Source: Candidatus Marinacidobacterales bacterium
GTDB taxonomy: Bacteria; Acidobacteriota; Vicinamibacteria; Marinacidobacterales; SMYC01
Reading direction: 5' to 3'
Length of the DNA stretch: 64,000 nt
Assembly: GCA_965237955.1 (NCBI GenBank)
Contig: OZ250169.1
Location: forward strand, 3,200,001-3,264,000
Below the pieces are notes generated by a model. It did not search any database and was not told where the DNA came from. It saw only the letters and a program-made list of their open reading frames with translations. This document shows positions 33,375-42,389 of this stretch, in pieces; position 1 is the first letter of the stretch, and every line of letters starts with the position of its first letter. A program made the translations under genes and the position numbers.

Positions 33375-34631
33375 ATGAGCTTATTGGACCGCCGTAGCTT
33401 CCTCACGACGACCGCTGCCGGGCTGAGTGCGCTCCCGACCGCCCGCGGCATGACGCTTCCCGACGACGAGGATCCACTCGGGGTGCGCGCCGATTTTCCC
33501 ATCACCCGGAACCAGACGTTTCTCAACACCGCCTGGGTCGGCCCGATTCCGAAGGTGGCGAGAGACGCCGCCGTCGACTACGCGGACGAAACGTTGATGT
33601 GGGCGGACAGCCAAAGTCGATTGATGCAGGAGGACATGGCGCGCGCCGCGTTTGGAGAGCTCTTCGGCGCCAAGCCGGACGAGGTGGCTTTTCTCTTTAC
33701 GACGGCCGACGGAGAGGCGGTCGTCACCCACGGCCTCGATCTCAAACCCGGCGACAACATCGTTGTGGACGCGCTCCACTATACCGGGACCTTCCTCCTC
33801 TACAAACAGCTCCAAGAGGAAAAGGGCATCGAGCTCCGCATCGTTCCCGAGACGGAGGGCCGAGTGCGGGTCGAAGATTTCGAGGCGCGCGTCGACGAAA
33901 GGACCCGGCTCGTGTCCGTGGCCTGGGTGTCGAACCGCAACGGCTATCGACACGACCTCCGCGCTCTGACCGAGCTCGCTCACGCCAAAGGTACCCTCGT
34001 CTACGCGGACGGCGTCCAGGCCCTCGGCACCTTCCCCACCAACCTCACCGAGCTGGGCGTGGACTTTGCCTGCAGCGCTGTTCACAAGTGGCTTTTCGCC
34101 GGCTTCGGCGTAGCGCCGTTTTTCATCCGCGAGGAGCACCTCGATCGTATTCGGCCCGATCGCTACGGCCACGGCCAGGTCGCGGAGACGCTCACGCCCA
34201 ACGGCTGGACCCGGCACTTGGGAGCAGGGCGTTTCTCCGAGCTCGATTTCCGACTCCTGACCACCGCGCGAAAGTACGAGTACTCCTGTCTCGCCTACAG
34301 CACGATCGCCCAACTGGCCGCTACCCTCGGCTTGTTCAAGAGGGTCGGTCTTTCGAGAATCGAAGAGCACACGATGCCGCTCGCCCACGAGCTCCGGGAT
34401 GGCATCGCCGAGTTGGGATTCGAGACGTGGACGCCCAAAGGCAACGGGTCACCCATCGTGAGCTTCGTTCATGGACAAGACATCGAAGATCTCAAACGCC
34501 TTCTGAAGGAAGAAGCCATCTCGGTCAGCTTCCGGGAGAAGAACTACACCCTGATGCGCGTGAGTGTCTCCATGTTCAACAACAGCGCCGACGTCCAGCG
34601 ATTGCTGAAGCTACTCAAAAAGGTCGCTTGA
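33375..34631 (+). CDS. Class V PLP-dependent aminotransferase/cysteine desulfurase-like enzyme with Tat signal
   Basis: RRSFL Tat motif, FLNTA, DGVQALG, SAVHKW (PLP lysine), RVSVSMFN. Confidence 0.88.
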   Translation: MSLLDRRSFLTTTAAGLSALPTARGMTLPDDEDPLGVRADFPITRNQTFLNTAWVGPIPKVARDAAVDYADETLMWADSQSRLMQEDMARAAFGELFGAKPDEVAFLFTTADGEAVVTHGLDLKPGDNIVVDALHYTGTFLLYKQLQEEKGIELRIVPETEGRVRVEDFEARVDERTRLVSVAWVSNRNGYRHDLRALTELAHAKGTLVYADGVQALGTFPTNLTELGVDFACSAVHKWLFAGFGVAPFFIREEHLDRIRPDRYGHGQVAETLTPNGWTRHLGAGRFSELDFRLLTTARKYEYSCLAYSTIAQLAATLGLFKRVGLSRIEEHTMPLAHELRDGIAELGFETWTPKGNGSPIVSFVHGQDIEDLKRLLKEEAISVSFREKNYTLMRVSVSMFNNSADVQRLLKLLKKVA

Positions 34632-34808
34632 CTTAGGTCTAGATGGCCAACTCGGGGCCACGCACGACGGGTCGAACGGTCGCCCATAGCCGACTCAGCA
34701 CAAACGCGATCTTATTTTGATCGCCTTCGGGAGGCGCGATTACCAAGGGTCCAAGTTCGAATCGTGGCACAAGATAGGGACCCTTGGCCAGGCAGCATTT
34801 TGAACGGC

Positions 34809-35831
34809 TCAGGCCTCTTCGTCGGCGCGATCGCGATGGTGGTCGTAGGACAGCCCCTGGTTCTGCATGGCGCGGCGATAACTGACAGCCACCGCATCGA
34901 ACTTCAAGTGCAGCTCGTCGGCCAGATCGAAGGGCACCTGCTCGGGGCGCTGTGACTCCACGACTCGCTGGTCCTGGCTGAAGATGGTCTTCTCGAAATC
35001 CTGCAGAACGCGGTCAGGCTGGTCGAAATCGTAGTTGCGACCGATGACGCAGTACCCTCGACAGCGTTGCTCGCCGATGGGCTGGCCGGCGAACAAGTAC
35101 ACCATCCCGCGTTCGCCTCCCCAACCCAAGCGGAGGGCAATCGTGTACGGTAGGTGCAGCTCGTAGCGGCTGCGCCGTTCAGGTTCCTCGACCTTCTCGT
35201 TGGCGAAAACTGGAAAGTCCTCCGGGTTGGCCGCCTCGGGGCGGACCACGGTGTAGTGCAGGACGTGCTCGCGTGTCTCAACCTCGTGCGCCGGCACGAT
35301 CGGACGCTTAGGGTCGCCCAGCAGGCCAGGGTGGACCCATGGGAAATGTCCGAAGTCGGTGAAGTTCTCGACTTGGCGGGAAGCGTCGCTGTGCCAGTCA
35401 AAGGGGCCGGTCAGCACGACCTTCCAGGCCTCGTCCTCGAGCTCGGGCACATGGGGTAGCGGAAACACCGGATCTTCGAGCGCGGCCCAGATGAGGCCGT
35501 AGCGCTCGACGACCTGGTAGCGAGGCACCCGAGCCTTGGAGGGTATCGCTGCGTCGGCCTTCTGCGGAATCTTCACGCACACGCCCTCGCGGTCGTAGTG
35601 CCAGGCGTGGTAGGGGCAAATCAAACGGTCGTCCTCGACCCGGCCAAGCGAAAGCGCAGTGCCGCGGTGAATGCACAGGTCCTGCATCGCGTGCGGCACT
35701 CCGTCCGCGGTACGCCAGACGACGATAGCTTCGTCCAGAAGCATCGAACCGTAGGGCGCGTCCAAAGCGACGTCGCGGCCGTAGGCGACCGGATGCCAGC
35801 AGTGGAACAGCTTCTTCGAGAACTTCGACAT
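34809..35831 (-). CDS. Rieske non-heme iron oxygenase alpha subunit (VanA/methylxanthine demethylase-like)
   Basis: CIHRG...CPYHAW Rieske ligands; ENFTDFGHFPWVH and D (QDQRVVE) mononuclear iron site. Confidence 0.9.
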   Translation of the reverse strand: MSKFSKKLFHCWHPVAYGRDVALDAPYGSMLLDEAIVVWRTADGVPHAMQDLCIHRGTALSLGRVEDDRLICPYHAWHYDREGVCVKIPQKADAAIPSKARVPRYQVVERYGLIWAALEDPVFPLPHVPELEDEAWKVVLTGPFDWHSDASRQVENFTDFGHFPWVHPGLLGDPKRPIVPAHEVETREHVLHYTVVRPEAANPEDFPVFANEKVEEPERRSRYELHLPYTIALRLGWGGERGMVYLFAGQPIGEQRCRGYCVIGRNYDFDQPDRVLQDFEKTIFSQDQRVVESQRPEQVPFDLADELHLKFDAVAVSYRRAMQNQGLSYDHHRDRADEEA

Positions 35832-35926
35832 CCCCTCCTCCTAAGGATTCGCGCGCTTGCCCGAACGGGCGATCCGATCCGGCCGCCCGGTGGTCACGCG
35901 ACCCGTTCCAGGACCTTGAGGATCTT

Positions 35927-37126
35927 CTATGTAGTCACGGATTCAATTTTGTTCCCATATCCCGATCGTCGATCAAGGTAATTTCCAATCGGGACAAATA
36001 ACATACCAGAAATAACAGCCAATATTAGTGCGGTAACATTCACAGCCTGGAATGAATACGTCGATAGAATATACACCCCCAGCGACGGAGTGATAATATG
36101 AGCTACCGGAGACATCAACGCGCTGAGTGTAGCCGCCCTTCCCGATTCATCATATTGGGCAGCCGTGCCTAACACATAGGGAATCATGAAATAGTAACCT
36201 AGATTATAAAGAGTAAACGCAGCGCCCCATACCACCATATTCTGCGAAGCAGCCAGACTTGCATAAGACAAAGAAAGAACTCCGACACACAGCAAAAGCG
36301 GCCTAGCGTAACCGAAACGTGTCCCCATAACATTGGCAACAACCGAACCCAATAGTCCGATGGCATTTGAGGTCGCAATGACAAGGCCAGCCTGCTGGGG
36401 TGTCAATCCAATATTGACCCCCATTCGCTCGGAGATAGCCCACACGATGCCTAGACCAATCCACAAAAATAGTGTCGCCACGTACAACCCAAGAAGACGA
36501 GGATTGAGCAACGTCTCAAAATGAATGTGTTTTGTTTCTACAGCACCGAGCTGTTCAGGTTTTACATCCAGCAACCACCTTGTTAGATAAATACCCAGCA
36601 AGAACAAGATGGAGAAAAACATGAAGTAGGCTGGATACGAAATCTCTGTATACACTAGCGGGGCGATAAAAAATAAGACAACTAAGATCACGCCATAACC
36701 GGTTGTAGACGCGGCATACAAGCGTTCAGCATTGGATGAGCTGGCCGTTGAGAAATTTACCGCAGCGGTGATCACGCCGATACCAACACCAACAATAATT
36801 CGACAGAGCAACAACGCATAGAAGGTTGAGTTAACGAGTATCAATAAATTTCCGAGCAAACCCAGAATACAGCCAATCTGCGCCAATCTAGCTCTGGACA
36901 CATGCTGGGCGTAGAGGGCAATAATTAACCCCGCCAGGGTCATCGAGGCGATCTCTACTGACCCTATAAGCCCGGCCTGCTTCAGGCTAAACCCATAACC
37001 ATCGACTAACACACCAATAGTTAATGGTATGAATGCGATCAGACCAAAGGTAAACACCAGACCAAATGATGTACTTGTCACTACGGTCAAGGGTTCGCCA
37101 CAATCCAAAGTTTTCGATATCGCCAT
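35927..37126 (-). CDS. MFS transporter (AT-rich, foreign-looking)
   Basis: About 12 hydrophobic segments, LLLCRIIVGVG and GTRFG loop motifs. Confidence 0.85.
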   Translation of the reverse strand: MAISKTLDCGEPLTVVTSTSFGLVFTFGLIAFIPLTIGVLVDGYGFSLKQAGLIGSVEIASMTLAGLIIALYAQHVSRARLAQIGCILGLLGNLLILVNSTFYALLLCRIIVGVGIGVITAAVNFSTASSSNAERLYAASTTGYGVILVVLFFIAPLVYTEISYPAYFMFFSILFLLGIYLTRWLLDVKPEQLGAVETKHIHFETLLNPRLLGLYVATLFLWIGLGIVWAISERMGVNIGLTPQQAGLVIATSNAIGLLGSVVANVMGTRFGYARPLLLCVGVLSLSYASLAASQNMVVWGAAFTLYNLGYYFMIPYVLGTAAQYDESGRAATLSALMSPVAHIITPSLGVYILSTYSFQAVNVTALILAVISGMLFVPIGNYLDRRSGYGNKIESVTT

Positions 37127-37141
37127 TGTTACTACCTCTTA

Positions 37142-37561
37142 CTAGTCCTATAACAAGCGCGATTGGGTGGAAAAATAGTTTGAACTAGAAAAAAGCACTC
37201 GAAATGCCCTGTGTTTCCGGCGTATAAAGAAAGTTGCAAAGCCAAACTTTATTCGCCAAGGGGGGGCATTTCGAGTGAGCAAGAGTAGACAACAGAAAGT
37301 ACGGAATCGCAAACGTCGCATCGAACGTCGTCTGGGACGGAAGAATTGGCCTGCACAAGACGAGCCGATGTTCAGCGCGAGTAACATCCATTACGAGTTG
37401 TCGGAGCGAACGCGAGGCGTTGGGGTTGGCGGGATCGGTGCGGTCCACAAATTTGCGTTGGCGAGCGGGTTGGTTGAAGCGATCGACGAGAGAATCGATG
37501 TTCTGAAAGTTCATCTGCCCTACCACGAATCGGATCATGTGCTGAACATCGCCTACAACAT
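37142..37561 (+). mobile_element. IS1380-family element, left end and truncated transposase
   Basis: GGIGAVH...GLVEAID...LKVHLPYHESDHVLNIAYN. Begins CTAGTCCTATAAC. Cut at 37561 by the next element. Confidence 0.8.
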
Positions 37562-38933
37562 TGTAATCCCCGAAAAGTCTGATCTATTTGAAACCAAACG
37601 ATTTTCTTAGTGGCCCGCGAAGGCCCCGTTCGGTCATCATAAGGCGATGCGTTTGTTATTTCGGCGGACCCCCGCATGGCTGTTTCGAGCGCTGTTGAGG
37701 ACGCGCAACGACCTCGCCATGGAGAACATGGCGCTGCGCCAGCAACTCTCTGTCTACGGCCAGCTAAAAGTTAAACCGAGACTCAAGACTGAAGACCGGG
37801 TCTTCTGGGTTCTTTTCTCCATGGATTATCGAAGTTGGAGAACGTGTCTGAGATTCGTGCAACCGAGAACGGTCCTTCGTTGGCATGCCGCCGGTTTCAA
37901 GATTTTCTGGAGAAAAAAGTGCGAGAAAACAGGTCGACCGCGAATTCCAAAGCAGCATCAGGACCTGATCCGTCAAATGTCCATCGACGAACCCGGCTGG
38001 GGTGCAGATCGGATTGCCGACGAACTTCGATTGAAGCTCGGTATCCGGCACGCTGCAAGCACTGTGCAGAAATACATGGTGCGACCCGAGCACCGCACTC
38101 GTACCGGGCAGACCTGGAGGACCCTCATGAAGAACCACAAAGATGAGATCTGGTCCTGCGATTTCCTGGTGCAGCACACTGCCTTATTCTCCGTAGTCTA
38201 TATCTTCATCATTATGGAGATTTCAACGCGGAAGATCATCGGGTTCAACGTAACCTGCAATCCCACACTCGCATGGGTGAAGCAGCAAATTCGAGAGGCC
38301 ACAGCCTTCGGCGTGCAGCCAAGGATCTTGATTCACGACAACGACGGGATCTACGGCCAGTTTGGTAGAGACCGCCGGTCGCACCTTGGCTATCGCTCAC
38401 ACCTTGATTATTGGCTGAAGGAAACCATGGGCATCCGGGGTATTCCCATCACGCCAGGCTGTCCGCAGGAGACGCCGCATATCGAACGCTTCAACCGGAC
38501 TCTACGCGAGGAAGCGCTCAATCATTTTGTCTTCTTCGGTGAAGCCCACGTTCGTCGTGTGGTTTCGGAGTACATCCTATTTTTTCATGGAGCTCGACCG
38601 CATCAAGGGTTGTGCGGAATCCCAGATCCGTGTTCGGATCTAGAATTCGCGCAGCATTCTCCGAGCAACGGAAGTGTCATGCGACTTCCAGTCCTCGGCG
38701 GTGTTCAAGGCGATTACCGACGCGCAGCGTGAAGCTCGAGCAAAAAGACCCGTGACAGCTCGGTCAGCGACGCTGCGACCCGCAGTTGACGAGTTGATAA
38801 CTCTATCGGCTGCAGCTGTGTTTTACAGTCGCCGGATCGTGCGGAGTTTACAGGTCGCGTAGCACTAAGAACGTGGGAAAACGACTAAGGATAAAGGCTA
38901 AACCCCGGAGCACCTGAATTTTCGGGGATTACA
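37562..38933 (+). mobile_element. Complete IS481-like integrase-core element (1372 bp)
   Basis: Perfect 15-bp IR TGTAATCCCCGAAAA at both ends. No target duplication visible. Confidence 0.88.
37647..38732 (+). CDS. DDE transposase (integrase core domain)
   Basis: ENMALRQQL, GRPRI, WGADRI, WSCDF, IHDNDGIYG, ERFNRTLREE, RPHQGL. Confidence 0.9.
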   Translation: MRLLFRRTPAWLFRALLRTRNDLAMENMALRQQLSVYGQLKVKPRLKTEDRVFWVLFSMDYRSWRTCLRFVQPRTVLRWHAAGFKIFWRKKCEKTGRPRIPKQHQDLIRQMSIDEPGWGADRIADELRLKLGIRHAASTVQKYMVRPEHRTRTGQTWRTLMKNHKDEIWSCDFLVQHTALFSVVYIFIIMEISTRKIIGFNVTCNPTLAWVKQQIREATAFGVQPRILIHDNDGIYGQFGRDRRSHLGYRSHLDYWLKETMGIRGIPITPGCPQETPHIERFNRTLREEALNHFVFFGEAHVRRVVSEYILFFHGARPHQGLCGIPDPCSDLEFAQHSPSNGSVMRLPVLGGVQGDYRRAA

Positions 38934-39177
38934 ATAGAAATGGCTATCCCTTATTCCGTCTCACTCCCTGCCGCAGGCCTAGCGCTTGGCACCAACATTC
39001 GAACAAGACCCGTGTTCCCAAAATCAACATCTCTCACTCTGTCCTGGCTCTTTTCCCCAGCGGTCGCTTCTTCCGCCTACCCGTCAAACCTGCAACCTCC
39101 TTCCGCACCCCGTCGGGCGCAATTCCGCCCGTTTCCAAGTAGTGTGCTGAATCTAATTCCCTAAGTCTCTAAGTCTT

Positions 39178-40200
39178 CTAATCAAGATCAATGACCACTT
39201 TGAGTGTGCGGTCGCCGTGTTCTTCGATGTAATGGTAGGCGGCTTCATATTCCTCGAACGGGAAATGTTTTGTGACCAGCGGCTCGGTCATCACGACGCC
39301 ATCGCTGATCCATTTCACGGCCTGGTGGTAATCGTTTTGCTGGTACATCAGGGTGCCTATCAGGCAGAGCTCGCGATCGCCCACCACGGACATATCGATG
39401 CGAGGCCGACCCCCGAACACGCCGAGCACGACAATGTCGCCGCCCTTGCGGATGTGCTGCACGGCATCGTCCAGCGCGGCCTCGGCGCCCACGGCTTCGA
39501 ATGCGACATCAAAGCCTTCGTCGCCGAAGACCTCCTTTACCTTGTCGGCAAAGTTCTCTGTTGCCACGTTACAGCACGCATCGATGCCTACCTCGAGCGC
39601 TTTCTGCAGGCGGAAATCGCTGAGGTCCGTGATCAGAACCTTTTTTGCGCCGCGGCAACGGGCCGCTTGCGCCACAAGGTTGCCGATGGTGCCCGCGCCG
39701 AGCACGGCGACAATTTTGCCTTCCAGTGACGGCACGCGGTTGGTTGCGTGTGCGGCCACGGCCGCGGGTTCAACCAAGGCGCCTTGTTCGAATGTGAGCG
39801 AGTCCGGGAGGGCAACGATACGCTCCTCGGTGGTGATAAATAGATCCTGGGCACATCCGGGTGCCTGGAACCCACGCACCTTTAGCTCGTCGCAGATGTG
39901 GTAGTCGCCACGCTTGCATTGATTGCAGACGCCGCAGACTTCCTGCGGGGCGGCGGTGGCCTTCATGCCGGGTTTGACGACACTGACACCTGTCCCCACG
40001 GCCTCGACGACGGCGGAAAACTCATGTCCCTGAACCACCGGATAGGGGGTGAAGGGGTGCTGTCCGTGCCAGACGTGGAGGTCGGTTCCGCATACGCCGA
40101 TTTTTTTGATGCGCAAGAGAATTTCACCTGGTCCGGGAGTTGGCGCGACAGCCTCGCCAATTTTAATACGTCCCGGTTCGGTCATGACTGCTTGTCTCAT
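39178..40200 (-). CDS. Zn-dependent alcohol/sugar-alcohol dehydrogenase (MDR family)
   Basis: GVCGTDLH, GHE, CGVCNQC...C structural Zn site, GAGTIG. Confidence 0.9.
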   Translation of the reverse strand: MRQAVMTEPGRIKIGEAVAPTPGPGEILLRIKKIGVCGTDLHVWHGQHPFTPYPVVQGHEFSAVVEAVGTGVSVVKPGMKATAAPQEVCGVCNQCKRGDYHICDELKVRGFQAPGCAQDLFITTEERIVALPDSLTFEQGALVEPAAVAAHATNRVPSLEGKIVAVLGAGTIGNLVAQAARCRGAKKVLITDLSDFRLQKALEVGIDACCNVATENFADKVKEVFGDEGFDVAFEAVGAEAALDDAVQHIRKGGDIVVLGVFGGRPRIDMSVVGDRELCLIGTLMYQQNDYHQAVKWISDGVVMTEPLVTKHFPFEEYEAAYHYIEEHGDRTLKVVIDLD

Positions 40201-40438
40201 TGTTTTTTCGCCTTTGTTCTTATCTGCTGGTTTCATGGTGATGGATTTTTTCAACTGAATGGGACTTTCTCTATTCGGCGAGCACCTCGGTCATCTTCGG
40301 CCTGCCTTCCGAAAGGCGATGTCAATCAGCTCACGTGGTCAGGGCAGGGGAATCCTGCATCGACAACCATCAGCAGGTCCATGTGACCCTGACGGGTCAA
40401 GGCTGCGTCAATCTGCCCGTTGATCATGCCAATTTCTT

Positions 40439-41605
40439 TCACCGTGATCCTCTGAAGGTTGTTTCGAGTTGCAGCTTGTTGTGGGCACCCCAGGATTTCT
40501 TGAACCGCTGGTATCCCTCGCGGGTCTCAAAAACCTGGCGGTCGTCCCACAATAGGCGCCAGTCGCCGTCGGCCTCGGGCCAGAGGAAGACCTGCCCCCA
40601 GATCAATCGGTTGTCCGCATCGATGCCAGGGTTCTCCGCGTCGCCGCTAATCCGCAGCAACTGTTGGGGCGTGAGTAGATCACCGCATGCGACACTCAGG
40701 TTCTCGACCATGCGCTGCGAACGGGTTGTCATGGCGACATAGCCGCCGCTCATGTTTTCACGCTGAGCCGCCCAGGCCAAGGCGACCTCTCCCGGCGATA
40801 CGCCCAATGCGGACGCGATCGATTGAATCACGGGGTCAGACATGTCGGGCCGATGCTCCTTGAAGCGATCCCGTCCCGGACGGTTGGGCGATCCCAGCGA
40901 CATGTAGCCGCTACAGACAATGCCTTCCGACTCGAAGTAGCGCCGCAGCTCGGTCTGCTGAAAGAGGGGATGCATTTCCATCTGGTTGTAGACCGGGCGT
41001 TCATCCCACGCCACATCGCGCAGCAGCATCTCCATGGTTGCTTGCGTGTGGTTCGAGGTGCCGATATCCACCACCTTGCCCGCCTTCTTCAGCTTGCAGA
41101 TTTCGCCCCAGGTTTCCATAAAGGCTTCGTGAATATAGGGCACGGCATCGGGGTTGCGGTGCTCGCCCGCACAGCCCGTGGTATGCACATTCGGCCAGGG
41201 CCAATGGTTCACATACAGATCGATCTGGTCCACCCCCAGTGCCTCGAGCGTGGCATCCAGCGCGGGCGCCACATCCTTGGGGGACATATGTCCGTTCCAC
41301 AGTTTGCCCGTGATGAAGAGCTCATGGGCAGAGGAGATGGTGCCCTCTCGGATCGAGATGGCAATGGCCTCGCCGATCACCTCCTCATTCTCATAGGCCC
41401 GGGCCGTATCTAGGTGACGCCAACCCAAGCGAATGGCTTCGACCGTGGCATCCTTCATGTATGCCTGCGCCCAATCGGAATGGAAGGTCCCGAATCCCGC
41501 CACTGGCACCATCCGCCCGGAGGTCAAAGACAGCTGACGGACCGATGCCGGATCAAGCGGCTGAACGCCTTTATCAATGTGTTCCCCTCCTGTTTGTGTG
41601 ATCAT
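40439..41605 (-). CDS. Aldo/keto reductase
   Basis: GFGT, RHLDTARAYENE, ITGKLWN, DLYVNHWP, IGTSN, NQMEMHP. Confidence 0.9.
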   Translation of the reverse strand: MITQTGGEHIDKGVQPLDPASVRQLSLTSGRMVPVAGFGTFHSDWAQAYMKDATVEAIRLGWRHLDTARAYENEEVIGEAIAISIREGTISSAHELFITGKLWNGHMSPKDVAPALDATLEALGVDQIDLYVNHWPWPNVHTTGCAGEHRNPDAVPYIHEAFMETWGEICKLKKAGKVVDIGTSNHTQATMEMLLRDVAWDERPVYNQMEMHPLFQQTELRRYFESEGIVCSGYMSLGSPNRPGRDRFKEHRPDMSDPVIQSIASALGVSPGEVALAWAAQRENMSGGYVAMTTRSQRMVENLSVACGDLLTPQQLLRISGDAENPGIDADNRLIWGQVFLWPEADGDWRLLWDDRQVFETREGYQRFKKSWGAHNKLQLETTFRGSR

Positions 41606-41693
41606 TTTATACTTCCATATTAAGGATAGACATAATGTATTGAACCTGCCCTACCTTGAGAGCGTGGGTTAAGCTTTCGAGGTTTGTCACGAA

Positions 41694-41793
41694 GGTATTG
41701 TCAAATTGGGAGCGCCGACCACAAGATATAGCCGTAGCTACACCCAACCTGACCACACGATATTGTGGAGCGTCGCCTTAATTTGACAATACC
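41694..41793. mobile_element. 100-bp MITE-like element with perfect 14-bp IR
   Basis: GGTATTGTCAAATT ... AATTTGACAATACC. Abuts and truncates DDE element copy 2. Confidence 0.75.
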
Positions 41794-42090
41794 GCTCGTA
41801 GACTTCCAGCTCAACGTCCACCGAAGCGACCACGGGCCGTACCTCGCCCGCGCCCATGTGCGTCGCGTCGACGCGGGGATGGCGACATCCCGGAAGAGGT
41901 CCGCATTGCCCGTCGCGGCGATGGCGTCACGCAGCCGATGGTCGTAGCTCCGCCGAACTCGGTGGGTTCTCGTCATGCCCAAGAATGGCAGGGTGCTATT
42001 CTCATCGCCAGCTGGCCGATCATGGCTGCGTGCAAAGGAGCCTGTCGAACTTTCGCTCTCCGTCGTCCACAATGATCGTGCGAAGAGCAC
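41794..42090 (-). mobile_element. DDE element copy 2 (left end only)
   Basis: Near-identical to 32554-32851. It cuts a Tat-signal ORF (MSIEETRRSFL...) that starts at 42220. Confidence 0.88.
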
Positions 42091-42389
42091 GGCTCGTGCC
42101 TTGCGGCGTTGAAGCCTGGCCGAGTCTCGACGCCATGGCGACAAATGCACCACTGGCGGTGGCGGCGGCTGCCAGACACTTGTTGCGGAGGAAACTCCGA
42201 CGGGTTTCTTCTATCGACATGGCGTGGATGCCTCCTTTTTCTTCTCGGCGAAAGGCTCGAACCTGTACGCTGAAGCGCCGCATGATACTACTCGACCCCG
42301 AATCGAAAAGGATCGCCCCCGCGATTTATGACGAGATCGTTGGTCTCTTGATCGTACTGGCGCTCCGATATTGCACCGCCGGTTGAAGT

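Noticed and set aside
38950-39170. Pyrimidine-rich non-coding tract as ncRNA or IS end
   Set aside because: No partner IR, repeat or known motif could be supported.
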